DNA of 64,000 nucleotides, from assembly GCA_051294375.1 (NCBI GenBank), contig CM119264.1, positions 1,876,463 to 1,940,462 on the forward strand, read 5' to 3'. Position 1 is the first letter of the stretch. The number at the start of each line of letters is the position of its first letter. The DNA is from Paraspadella gotoi. Taxonomy: Eukaryota > Animalia > Chaetognatha. A model generated the notes under the pieces. It did not search any database. It was not told where the DNA came from and was given only the letters and a program-made list of their open reading frames with translations. Positions 12,646-25,265 of this stretch are shown piece by piece. Both the position numbers and the translations under genes were made by a program.

Positions 12646-13024
12646 GTGATCACATCAGGCACAACAATGAAGAAACAGTAATTATTGTTATGTGTTAATG
12701 ATATTATCTACTTTTATCTTTTGGTATTTGAATTGAGTTAATATTAAATTGACTGATCCCTGGCCTTAATACTTGTTAAATAAAAGATGATAGATATGAT
12801 AGTCAACCACTGACCGTAGTTCAGTGACAACTGACTACCTCAAGTTACTGGCATCTTGCTCTTTCATCTTTTCATCAAATAACAAATGACACGAAGAAAT
12901 AAACATTGTTGATCAAGTTGTTACAAATTTGCTTTACTCTTTTTAGTTTTTTGTTTTTTTTTTTGTTTTTTATTTATTTTTTTTATTTTTTTTATTTTTT
13001 TTTATTTCAATTTTACAAGACAAA

Positions 13025-13261
13025 ATGAATAAGTTCGTTTGGATTCTTTTGGTGGCCATGATCGCCTTTTCTTTGGCCGAAAAAAATGTAAGAAGAAAAA
13101 TCGCGTTGTCTGTTGTATTTAGTTAAATCAGTTAACTCGGTTAACTTAGTTTATTTAACTCGATCGTTTTAAACTAGAGACGAACTGAAGAACAATTGAA
13201 AAAGGAGCATCTTCGAAGGTTTTTGAGCAAAGAAGTTAAACATGAAAAAAGAATGGACTCA
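13025..13261 (+). other. Duplicate of exons 1-2 of the peptide precursor gene, probably a contig-overlap artefact
   Basis: 12878-13279 is nearly identical to 13290-13692 across a 10-N gap. Confidence 0.65.
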
Positions 13262-13437
13262 GTACGTTCAAAGTTTTAANNNNNNNNNNAATAACAAATG
13301 ACACGAAGAAATAAACATTGTTGATCAAGTTGTTACAAATTTGCTTTACTCTTTTTATTTTTATTTTTTTTTTTTTAAGTTTTTTATTTTTTTATTTTTT
13401 TTATTTTTTTTTTTCTATTTCAATTTTACAAGACAAA

Positions 13438-13834
13438 ATGAATAAGTTCGTTTGGATTCTTTTGGTGGCCATGATCGCCTTTTCTTTGGCCGAAAAAAAT
13501 GTAAGAAGAAAAATCGCGTTGTCTGTTGTATTTAGTTAAATCAGTTAACTCGGTTAACTTAGTTTATTTAACTCGATCGTTTTAAACTAGAGACGAACTG
13601 AAGAACAATTGAAAAAGGAGCATCTTCGAAGGTTTTTGAGCAAAGAAGTTAAACATGAAAAAAGAATGGACTCAGTACGTTCAAAGTTTTAAAAAATATA
13701 TATATTTTGTAATATTATTACAATATTTTTTTGAATATAGATATGAGATTTTTTTTTCATTTTAATTCTGATAGGGCGATTGTGCTTATTTCTTTGGATC
13801 TTGCAACAACAAAGAGTTTAATCAAAAAAGGTAA
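13438..13834 (+). CDS. Small secreted peptide precursor, 3 exons (13438..13500, 13591..13674, 13775..13834), 68 aa
   Basis: MNKFVWILLVAMIAFSLAEKN|RRTEEQLKKEHLRRFLSKEVKHEKRMDS|GDCAYFFGSCNNKEFNQKR*. Both introns are phase-0 GT-AG. Signal peptide, dibasic sites, one Cys pair. Confidence 0.8.
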
Positions 13835-14548
13835 TATTTTACATGATTAACTGAGAAAAGTCTCATTCAATTTACCTAAATTAAGAAAAGGGTTTTTAGC
13901 CGGATCTGATTATTGCAGATTCCGGCTTTATAATTCACTTTGTCGGTCTGTCTGTCCACCCCCCTCAATCTTGTTGGTCATTCACTTAAATCATGTCAGA
14001 ACATCGAATTATAATAAATTATGCAAAAAATTCGATGTCCGAGTGTGTAATGAAGCTGGACATAAAGTTTTGATGGAATCGTGCGAGTGGAAATGAGTTT
14101 AAATGAAAAAAAACATAAGTTACATTTACTAAAATATTTTTACTAATTTTAACACATAAATACTCTAATTAATAATAATTGGATAGATTGAGTTGAGATT
14201 TTGTTTACTTGGTAGGAAAGTGTGTTTTTAAGCAGGATATGAAGTATGGAATCGAGGAATGGAAATGAATTTGTATGAAAAGATCCAAAGTCAAGTTTAC
14301 CTGCATTTTTATTATTTATGCTATTGTTTTACTCATAAATGTTTTAATTGAATAATTAGCGAAAAAATGATGCAATTTGAAAAAATGATACAATTTGAAA
14401 AAAAATATGCAAGTTTAAAAAATGATGCTAGTTTAAAAAATGATGCCAATTGAAAAAATGATAATTGTTTAATTTAATTTTATTTGTGCTTTGTACTTTT
14501 ATTTGTACTTTGTAATTATTTCTACCATAGTAACAGTTGCAAGCGATT

Positions 14549-14708
14549 TACATGTATTGGCACAGCCACTGGTTTTGTATGGTACGATCTGTTATGATCA
14601 GTTAGGATCACAACTTAAAAAAATTATCGTGATTTATCATCTGATTAGCTGATTACCGCTTAATTAACGTAGGCAGATCCGACATTGTTTGCTCAAACTT
14701 GTTTATTT
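14549..14708 (-). repeat. Dispersed repeat, right arm of the inverted pair
   Basis: Reverse complement of parts of 12423-12645. Confidence 0.8.
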
Positions 14709-15004
14709 ATATTTATATTCAATTTTTCATCAAATAATAAGTTTTTTCTTTAATGATAGCAAACAATGTCTTAAATTTGCCTATTTTTACTAACTTCTAG
14801 TACTACTTCAGTACTTCTTCAGAATAATTGTTTATTAATATTACAAGTCGGATCGACTTATCGCAGATTCCTACTTTGTCGGTCCGTCGGTCCCACGCCC
14901 AAAAAATACCAATGAAGAGACAGTAATTATTGTTATATATTAATGACAGAACCGTTTAATATAAGCAGTCCTTGAGCTTTAAATCAGACTGTAACATCAT
15001 GTTA

Positions 15005-15150
15005 CAGGCGGGTTAAGCGGCCCGTCCCTCTTAACTGCTAGGCGGCCACCGGGCTAGAACCCCGGACCTTTGGGTTGGGAGGCGAATGACTTGCCTCCGG
15101 CACCAATGGCCGCTGATGAATGGTTGGTGGATTTTAGTCCTCCATACAAT
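15005..15150 (-). mobile_element. tRNA(Gly)-like-headed interspersed repeat (SINE-like)
   Basis: 15041-15113 (minus) has a 7-bp acceptor-like stem gcggcca/tggccgc, A-box-like tggtgccggagg, B-box-like ggttctagccc, and cgcctccca as in tRNA-Gly(CCC). A second copy lies at 22240. Confidence 0.65.
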
Positions 15151-16517
15151 AGTTTTAGTTAGCCTTCATGTCTTTTTTAAGATTCGTTCCTTCTATTATT
15201 AATTTTTAAATTTTTTTAAATAATTTTATTATTTGGTTTTTTATTAATTTTTTTCATTCATTTGGTTTTATTTCATTTGCTTCTTTGATCGTTTTAAAGA
15301 AGGAAAGAAAAAGAGAGAAAAAGTAAAATAAGAGGGATTATTTATTTTTAGCTAAATTGAATATATATTATTGCATGGAAGGGCAAAAAAAGGAGAAAAA
15401 AGAAAGGGGGAAAGAAAAAGGGCAAAAGTGAGAAAGAAAAAGAAAGGAACAGGAGGAGGTAAATAAAGGGGAAGAAAGAATAAGAGAGAGATTAGGATAG
15501 AAAAAAAAAGAAGAAAATAACAAAGGAAAAAAGCAGGGAAAAAGTGGAGAAGAGAGAGAGGGGTAAAAATATGGTGAGAAGGGGAGAGGAGAATAAGAGA
15601 GAACAGGAAAAGAATAGTTTTAAAGATTTCATACCAAAAAATGGAAAAAATCACATTTGAAAATTAACCGAATTTAACCGTTAAAATAAATATATTAACG
15701 GTTAAGTTAAATTTATTTTTAACCGTTAATAATCGTTAACAGTTAACGGTTATCGGAACACTATGCGCGATGCAATCAGAATATTACAAATTTTAGAATA
15801 ATAAATTTTTTTTGTTTTAAATTCCCTGTTTACTGCGAATTCAGACCATGTTGCGGCAGTGTACTGCGTTGCCTTCCGTCTATTTGGACTAAAGATTTTA
15901 GGTGTCTGCTTTTTCGTGCGGAAAAAAATTGAAATCATGGAGAAAAAAATGGAGAAGACGAAATCAAAATCGATATTGGATTTGAAAAAAAAGTTTGGAT
16001 TGATCATTACAAATGAAGCATACATTTTTAATTGTTTTTTACTTTAGTTGAAACAGAGAAAGAAAAGCATAGGCAATTAATGTCGGAGAGGTTTAGAGGA
16101 TTAGCCCCGCAAGACCAATGGCTTGTTTCACGATTTTACGATTCCATCAAAAATTTACTTTCCTACCCACACACAAAATTTCATTTCAATTTATCTATCC
16201 AATTTTTAATAAACATAATAATGTAATGTAAATATTATATAATAAAAATACTTCATGTAAATATGACTTTTGTTTTTTCCATTTTAACTCATTTCCACTC
16301 GCACGATTCCATCGAAACTTTATATCCAGCTCAATCATACACTTTCCTACCCACACACCCAGCAAGCCGCAGCAAGGGGGCTTCTTTGTAAAAAAGTGCC
16401 CTCCTTGCATAGGATGTACTTTGGTCCCTTTGAAATTCTGGTTTAGGATTCTCCGTCGAAAAACCAGACGTCGGGAAACAAAAGGGAAAGGTCAAGTTTT
16501 GTCTTCATGAAACCAGA

Positions 16518-16588
16518 CCTATGGAGATACTTGTCCTATGGAGATACTTGTCCTATGGAGATACTTGTCCTATGGAGATACTTGTCCT
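16518..16588. repeat. 17-bp tandem repeat (ctatggagatacttgtc) x4
   Basis: Read directly from the sequence. Confidence 0.9.
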
Positions 16589-17062
16589 TAAAGTTGAAGC
16601 TTTGTCCTAAAAATATCACATGACTTGAGGACACGCTTTCTTTCCATCTTCTTTGTCGACATAAACAAAAATGGTTTGGAGAGAAATTCAGGTTAACCTT
16701 AACCTGGTGACCTTAATCTCCCTATTGTCTTCTGATGTCTGGTTTCATATAGACTGACTTCGACCTAGATACATGGTTTCTATTGTCAGGTTTCAAAAAG
16801 AAATTTCTCGATTACCCTTTTTCTGTCCGATTTAAAAGGAACATCATTACATACATTTTAGATATACTATTGTATACTATTACAGTTTTACTGTAATCTT
16901 TACCACCACAAATACGAAAATATAGTATCACAATGTTTTCACTTCAAAAAAATATTTTTACGGGATTTTCTATTTTTGGTTGTTTTTTTTTTTCTTCTAA
17001 AATAATCTTATGTTCCGCTCGGCCTTCGAGTTTTTGGATGATGGAAAAATAAAAGAAGCAAT

Positions 17063-17104
<42 letters not shown>

Positions 17105-18129
17105 AAAAAACGAAACTTCCTCACTCGTGTTAGTTTTTCCTCTTCCTCTTCCCGTTCACCTTCAACAGTCAATAATAGTATTTACTTCAACTTACTACTA
17201 CTACTTATTACTTAATAAAACTTTCTAAAACTTGATAAAACAATATAGATATAATTAGAACCCACGTCGGAGAAAATCATCTACTGTAGAGTATAATTTT
17301 GGTTAATTTTTCAAAGAAAAATTTTTATTTTACATATTTTGGTTAATTTTGCATGTTGTCATAATTTTTTTATTATTTAATTTTATTAATTAGCTTTCCT
17401 AGAAATCCGGGCAGAGTAAAAAGACATAAAAAACGAACATATATTTTAATATTAAATTCATGAATATTTCTTTTATGCCACCATAGAGGAATCGTGTCCA
17501 GAAACCGCGATCGAATAAAGACAATCAACTATCGTTCGATTCTCTTGGAAGTAGAATGGAACTCTCTCATTGGTCGAGCTATTGATGGAACCGGCCAATA
17601 ACCGAATGAGTTTCCACCCGTGTCTCTGATCCGTTTAAAATGTATAAATTGCCTTTTTTCTTTGATTCACTCTGTCAGAAAATTTATACCGTTATCTCAT
17701 GTCAATTTTCTAATAAACAAAAAAATCACAATTTTGGTTTCATTCCGAAATCCATTTCTACTTAAATGAAGCAAAGAAATCTTTTTTTTTAAATATCAAG
17801 CTCAAAACAAATCTCAACGAACAGTCAACCATGTCAGTCAAAATCCATCTCAACAAAAAATCTCATTCCCGTTCGCTTGAAAAAGGGTGATCAACTGGGC
17901 CCTGTCATTTTAGTTATCCCGGTCGCTCTCAAAAGCCCGATCCTCCTTTTTTTCCTCACACAGCTGCCCCTATCAATGACTCCGACCGCGTGATTCTAAA
18001 TTCTTTAGATTCTCAACCGTAAATTCTCTCGGCGAAACATCAATTGCCCGATCTTTCACACGGGAGAGAGAGAGAGAGAGAGAGAGAAAGGGAGAAAGGG
18101 AGAGAGACGCTCGGTCAGAGGGTAAGGCC

Positions 18130-18172
18130 ATGATCCCCCCTCTGGCTTCAACCAGGACCTTCGTCGTCTTCA

Positions 18173-18204
<32 letters not shown>

Positions 18205-21200
18205 GCCGAGGCTTCTCTCGTCCTCAAAAAAGTTATTTTACTCCAAAACAGTCAGACGTGGATTCGACTCGACTGCGGAACGAATCTCGACTTTTCCGCA
18301 AAAAAAATATCCGACGAACTCGACAAAGCTATCGGCGTCGTCGGCGTCTTTTCTCCCGGCGTGGTTTCCAACCGGCGCTGGTTTTTTCATCCTCGGCGTC
18401 GGTGGATCGAGGATGACGACTGCGAAGGCGTCGAATCGCCAGTGGATTGGCCGCAGTGGTGTAGATTGGGACCAGAATACGTGAGTACAAATATTTTTTG
18501 ATATTTTTTGACGGTTTTTTTCTTTTTTTTTTATTAAAATTTTAACTTAACTTTAATTTAATCGGGTTTTATTTATTCTTGTCAGACTGAACAAAAAAAT
18601 TCTTTTGACCGTCATTTTTTTATTTGCTTTTATCTTTACATGCGTTTTCACTTGTTGGCTTTATTTTCAGAGTGCCCTTTTTTTAAATGTTTAATCTAAT
18701 TTTTAACTTGTATCCCTAACTTTAATTCTGATTATTAATGAGAATCCTTAATATTTTAACCTTTAACCCTTATGCCTAATTAAAAATCTGATTAAATCTT
18801 TAACGTAATCTATAACCTATTCTTTATTTTTAACCCTTAACTTAGTTATTAAATCGATAAAAAAATCATTCTGAATTGTATTCGAAATGGGAAGCTTTTA
18901 GAAAATATTGCTGCCCAGTATTTATAATTACAACCTTTTTAGTCCTTATCATAATATTATTTTATGTTAATTTTTTTTCGACTGTTTTAATTCTAAAACG
19001 TAACGACGATTACAATAAACACATAAATACCGATTTATTTTTCTTCGAATTTTTGATTCTGCCTAGAATAACATAGCCAAACAATAACTATTTTCACCCG
19101 TATCCTCATTTTCAATCTATAAATAAATAAATAAATTAATAAATTAATGAATAAATTAATAAATAAATAAATAATAATAAATAAATAAATAAATTAATAA
19201 ATAAATAAATAAATAATAATAAATAAATTAATAAAATAAATTAATAAATATAATATAATAAATTAATAAATTAATAAATAAATAAATATAATAAATAAAT
19301 ATTTAATTAATTAATTAATAATTTAATTCTCAATTAAAATTATTAATTAATTAATAATTAATATTCTCAACTAAAATTAATCAATTAATAATAATTAAAT
19401 TCTCAACTAAAATTAATCAATTAATTAATAATTTAAATTCAAACTAAAATTAATCAATTAATTAATAATTAAATTCAAACTAAAATTAATCAATTAATTA
19501 ATAATTAAATTCTCAAACTAAAATTAATCAATTAATTAATAATTAAATTCTCAACTAAAATTAATAATTCAAATTTAACTAATTAATAATTAATAAATTT
19601 CTCAACTTAAAATTAATCAATTAATTAATAATTTAAATTCTCAAACTAAAATTAATCAATTAATTAATAATTAAATTCTCAAACTAAAATTAATCAATTA
19701 AATTAATAATTAAATTCTCAACTAAAATTAATCAATTAATTAATAATTAAATTCTCAACTAAAAATTAATTCAATTAATAATAATTAAATTGTCAACTAA
19801 AATTAATCAATTAATTAATAATTAAATTGTCAACTAATATTAATCAATTAATTAATAATTAAATGATCAACTAATATTTAATCAATTAATTAATAATTAA
19901 ATTGTCAACTAATATTAATCAATTAATTAATAATTAAATTGTCAACTAAAATTAATTAATTAAATAAATAAATTGTCAGAACTAAAATTAATTAATTAAT
20001 AAATAAATTGTCAACTATAAATTAAAATTAATAATTAAATTCTCAACTAAAATTAATTAATTTAATAATTAAAATCTCAACTTAAAATTTAATTAATTAA
20101 TTAATTTTAGTTGAGAATTTATTATAATATTTATTATACCGCACTAACGTTACAAAAACTCTTACTGAGCCTTCAAATCATTACTTTTTCCCACTGATTT
20201 TTAACTTCCTCCCTCTCCTTTTCCCCCCTCCTTCCCTCTCCTATTTCTCCCTCTCCTTCCTCCTTCCCTCTTCCCTCTCCTTTTTTCTCCCTCTCCTTCC
20301 CTCTCCTTCCTCTCTCCCTCTCCTTTTTCCTCCCTCTCTCCTCCCCCTCCCTCTCTCTCATCTCCCTCCTCCTCCTCTCCCCCTCCCTCTTTCCTCCCTG
20401 ACCTCTCCCTCCTCCGTCTTTCCTGCCCCTATCCTCCTCTCTGCCTCCTCTCTCCTTCCTCGCCTCCCGTCCCTCCTTCTCGCCTCTCCTCGCCTCCGCC
20501 TCTCCTCCCCTAGCCTCCTCCGCCTCTCTTCTCCTCCTCGTTAGTCCTATACTCCCCCCATCCTTCTCCGGCCTCTCCCTCCCCCCTGTTCTCCTTCCTC
20601 ACCCCCGTCCGCCCCCTCCCCCTCGCTTTCCTCCCGCCCTCTGCTCCTCCTCCTCGACTCTTTCCTCCGCCCTCTGTCTCTTCTCCTCGCGCGCGCCTCT
20701 TCTCTCTCGTTCTCGCCCCCTTCTTTTCTCGCCCTTCTGTCCCCTCCCTGCCTTCTCTCCCCGCTCCCCTCCTTCTCCCTCTTCCCTCCTCTCTCTGCCC
20801 TTGCTCGCCCTCTACCCCCCCCTTCTTTCCTCCCCCCGTCTCCCTTCTCCCCGTCCCCTCTTCCCTCTTGTCCCTCCCCGCCCTCTCTCCTCCTCCCCAC
20901 CTCTTTCCCTTCCCGCCCTCTCCCATCCCCATCCCATCTCCTCTCCGCCCTACTCCCCCTTCCCCTATCCTCTTTCCTCCGCCCTCTTTCCTCCTCCCTC
21001 CCTCCTATCCTCCCGCTCCCTGGTTTCCCTCGCTCTCCTTCTTCCGTGTGCTCTTCCCCCTATCCTCCGCCCTCTTCCTCCCGCTCCTCTCTCTCCCTCT
21101 CTCTCCTCCCCTATCTTTCCTCCCGCCCTCTCTCTCCTCCTCTTTCACTTCCCGGCCCTCCTCCCCTCCCTCCCTCCTTCTTTCCTAATCCCGCCCCTTT

Positions 21201-23158
21201 CCTCCCCTCCCTCCCTCCTTCTCTCCCGCCCTCTCTCCTCTCCTTCCCCTCCTCTTTCCTCCCGCTCCTCTTCCCCTCTCCTCTTCCTTTCCCCCTCTCC
21301 CTCTCCTTATATTTACTCTCGTTCTCGCCCCGATTTCTTCCTTCCTTCTTCTTCGAGGGCGCCTCTTCCGCCCACGAAGGAAACTACACCCTTGCGTGCT
21401 GCAACCGCTCGCCACCGCTCGCAGGCCCACAGCACCCGACATCTCCTTCGTCTACCAGGCCTCCGTCTGCGCCGCATCGTCTCAAGCGCAGCCTTTGACC
21501 GCAGCAGCCGCCGCCGACGCCGGCTGCGTCGACTACGGCGCCCCCAAGACCTTCGTCCATCGCCTCAAGATCCTTCGAGTCTCCCGTCGAACGCAATCGA
21601 TCGTCGACGCGACTCGATTGACGGGGAGTTGGAGGGTGTGCTCGGAGATTGGAGGATGCGAGGTGGTGAAGGAAGAGAGGGCGACGATGGAGGACGACGA
21701 CGACGACGACGACGATAATTGTTTCTTCGTCGTCTCTTTCAACCTTACCCTTCAATCGGTGACCCCGTCTCATAAATTCGTCCGTTTCGCCCTTACCCAC
21801 AACAACAACGACGACGACGATCTCTTCTTCAATTCCACCATCGAACTTACCTCATACTCACTCACCAGTCGTCGTTGTTTTCGTCTTCCTCCTCATTTCT
21901 TCCTCCTCGTCCTCGGCGTGCCTCTCCTCCTCCTCTTCCTCCTCCTCCTCCTCTTTCTCCTCCTCCTCCTCCTTCGCCCCTTTTGGCTCCGTCCTTGGCG
22001 CCGTCTCCTGGTCCGCCTCGGCGCCGCCAATCTCCCTTCGCGCCGTCCCTCCGTCTTCCTCTGCGCCGCGGCTGCCGACGACGACGTCGCCGCGTCTCTG
22101 CTGCGGCTGCTGTCGTCCTGGGGATTCGCCCTGACGCCGCGTTTGGCGAGAACGACTGACGGTAGAGACGTCGTGGACAGAACGCCGGTGGAATGGATCG
22201 GGAGAGTGAGGAGCGAGGCGCAGCTGGGGGTAAGTTACTTGTATGGTGGACTAAAATGCACTGACCGTTAATCGGCGGTCATTGGCGCAGGAGGCAAGTC
22301 ATTCGCCTCCCAACCCAAAAGTTCGGGGTTCTTGCCCAGTCATTGGTATCATTGATGTCTCATTCTACATATTACGTCTTTTTATATATATATATATTTT
22401 TTTACGTTTTCTGGCCGTTCACGTAACTTTTCCTTGTGTCTTGTGGGATTCGGGGTCAAAAGGTTCAAATGTTTTAAAAGAACATAACCAAATCCGTACG
22501 ATTTTAAATTTGGCTTTTACGTCCAACGTATGTCTTTAATGAAATACCCTATAAGCCGCTTAACCGCGAGCTCAGGTCCGTTGTTGTGTCAATTATCATT
22601 TTATCTCTCTATCTCTCTCTCAAAAAAAAACCCGTTGACTCTAACACCCACTCTGTCTTACAAAGTCTCTTATCTCAACTTTTCCAAATACTTTTTCCCC
22701 CCTTTTTTTTGTTCTTTACGATATTTTGACTTAAGCTTCGCTCGACCCTAAATAGTAAATAAACATCCGGTCGACAGTTTTGGTGAAAGAATGACAAATC
22801 TCTTTCTCTGTCTTTTTCTCTCTCTATCTCTCTCTCTCTCTCTTTCTGGCGTTCCCTCTCTCTCTCTCTATAACCCTCATTTTTTCACGCCAACCCGTCG
22901 TCAATCAGGTCATATATCTCCACCTTCCCTACGCCCCCTCCTCTTCCTCTTCCTCTTCCCCCTCCCCCTTCCTCAGCCCCTCACCTCCTCCTCCGCCCTT
23001 CTCGTCCTCTTGACTCCAGATTTTCTCGACGAATTCCTCAGCGACAACAACGACGACGACGACGACAACAACAACGAGGACAGCGTCGCTTTTCAGTTTC
23101 AATCTTTTCTTCACGAAAATTGGGAAGAGAGAAAAAACAATATCTTCTTCGTGCGAAA

Positions 23159-23194
<36 letters not shown>

Positions 23195-23751
23195 AAATAC
23201 AAATTAACAAATATTAATGAACAAAATCAATCTATCGATCAATCGGGATTGAAATGTAATATTTATTAATTTATCAACGTTAACATTTAAATCTAATCAA
23301 TGTGTCAACACTTGGTTCTATCTCCTATCCCCTATCATTTCATTTATCATTTCTTCTATCACTTCTATCACTGCAGATATCCGAGGCGTCGTTGCGCTCT
23401 CGTCTCGACGCCGTCCCGCCCCACGACGCCGGTTCCTCTCCCATCGCCGCCCTCAGCGCCGCCATCGACCTCTCTCGCGGCGCCAGGACCATCGTCTGGA
23501 GGACGCCGGCGTCGCAATCCGGCTCCGTCGTCTGGAATCCATCCGGGGCGGCGTCGCCGGCGGCGTCGCCCGACCCGGCGCTCTCCCTCGGCGCTCCTGA
23601 TTCCAACTCGCCTCTTTCGTCTCTCTTAACTTACCTCTACGACCACTTGGGTTGGGTAAGTCGGTTTCATCGAGCGAGAGAAATCGCGAGGTTGAGGAAT
23701 TGGTTGCCTTACTTTCCTTCAAGATGGCGACTCGAAGAAAACGGGTCGTAG
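18130..23751 (+). CDS. IL-1-receptor-like Ig-TM-TIR protein; exons 18130..18480, ~21355..22229, 22977..23159, 23377..23751
   Basis: Signal peptide; IRLDC..W and EGNYT(C) Ig-like strands (one indel near 21390); Leu-rich TM helix. TIR-like boxes SVFLCAAAADDDVAASLLRLLSSWGF, SSALLVLLTPDFL, NIFFV, TIVW and LRNWLP. Phase-0 GT-AG junctions at 22229/22977 and 23159/23377. Confidence 0.7.
19120..20120. repeat. AT-rich minisatellite (about 37-bp unit aattaatcaattaattaataattaaattctcaactaa) preceded by (AAAT)n
   Basis: Read directly; lies in the intron of the TIR gene. Confidence 0.85.
20180..21355. repeat. About 1.2-kb polypyrimidine (C/T) low-complexity tract
   Basis: Almost exclusively C/T on the + strand. 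Confidence 0.9.
22240..22345 (+). mobile_element. Second copy of the tRNA-like-headed repeat
   Basis: gcggtcattggcgcaggaggcaagtcattcgcctcccaacccaaaagttcggggttcttgccc aligns to the reverse complement of 15041-15113. Confidence 0.65.
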
Positions 23752-24619
23752 TTGTTGTAGATAATTGTTGTTGTTGTTATTATTTTTAATCTAGTTGTTG
23801 TTTTTGAATCTTTGTTGGTCGAAATTTCACTTTTTGTATTAAGTGAATCAATGAATCATATATATTTTTCTATTTTTAACTCACAAGCGTAAAACGTTTT
23901 GACGAGAAAGTGAGAGCGAGAAATAGTGAGGGGTGGAGAGAGAGAGTCATATGTATGTGGCGTCTTGAGTGGCGGTGTCGGGCGGGCGCTGTCGGGGCGT
24001 TGGTCAGCCAATGGGCGAAAACGCGCGCGAGTAGTAAACGATTAATTCACTTAATCTGGAGAGCAAAACGAATTTATCAAAGAATTTAGGACAGAGGAAA
24101 AAAAGTGGAAAACTTGTGAAAGAGACTTGAAGAGTTAATGTTTTTTTTGTTTTGTTTTTGTTTTTGTTTTTTTTACTGAACAGGGTCAATCTTCTTTTTA
24201 CCAGATTTAATGTTTTTCAAAACAACTTTTTTACTTTTAAGCTTTCGTTTTTCGCGTCACAATCAAACGTCGTTCTTTTCTTTGGAAGTTCTCGAGATGA
24301 AGGGTGTTCTGGGGGGGGGGAGAGGCAACAGGTCGCCGTAAAAGCTTGAGTTTGCTTTTATTTTTGGATTTTAAATTTGATTTTTTTTCTTTTCTCTGCA
24401 CAATAAAAACCAAAGGAGAAGGGGTGAATAATAAGGCAAATTAGACAAAAGATTAATTATCGCAAGAAAATTATTTCGTTCTATTTCGTTTATTGTACAG
24501 ATAATAAGACTCACCAGAGTTGATCAAGGCGCGGTTTATTGTTTGCCACGTTCATGGCGTCTTGGGCAATGACGTCTAAACTTAATGATTAAATTTTTTT
24601 TCAAATATTTTTTTATTAA

Positions 24620-25265
24620 AATATTTTGTTTTCTCGTTGATACTTGTGAGAAATTTCAAGCTTTTCCTTACATAAATTTTTATAGAAGGGATGATTCAAT
24701 TTGTAATAACTAAATCAAGATGATGATATCAAATAAATTCTTGTAAAGATCTGGTTTGAATGGTTAACCCATCTGGATGAGTATATCTCGACAGAAAAGA
24801 ACTCATTATTGGTAATAAATAATGTTAAATTTAATTTAATTAATTAATTAATTAATTAGACTGAATTATTAAGAAGTCTTCTAAATCTTAATCTTACTCG
24901 GAAAGGCAAACCAATCTATGTACCTCACTTTTATTCATTTTTCATTTATTAATTTATTCATAATTTAACCCTGTTTTTACTTTTTAAAAATGGCAATAAA
25001 TTATCATAATAAACTTTACACTATTATGTACTTGATGATTTGTTTAAAATAAAAAGAGATTGCTCAACAAATTATATCGCGAAGATAGATTCAATTAATT
25101 TTTTTTTAAATCTGAAGCTAGTATTTTCCTTATGCTGCGATGAGCGCAACTAATCTTGTCATTCAAAATTCAATGCGATCAAAACTTTCAAGGGTGCTCT
25201 TTGTTTTCTGTCTGATATTGTGAGAGCAAATTTTCAAGCTTTTCGCACACATAGAATTTTGTATT
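24620..25265 (-). pseudogene. Polinton/Maverick-type DNA polymerase B fragment
   Basis: Degenerate, indel-rich copy of the segment seen more cleanly at 38020-39590. Confidence 0.6.

Noticed and set aside
12878-13692. Tandem duplication of the peptide gene
   Set aside because: Near-identical sequence on both sides of a 10-N gap, differing mainly in a T-rich run; typical of an unmerged contig overlap
15041-15113. Functional tRNA-Gly gene
   Set aside because: The anticodon and D stems do not pair well, and a diverged second copy shares the flanks
20173-21350. Pro/Ser/Leu- and Gly/Arg/Glu-rich ORFs
   Set aside because: Artefacts of a stop-poor C/T tract
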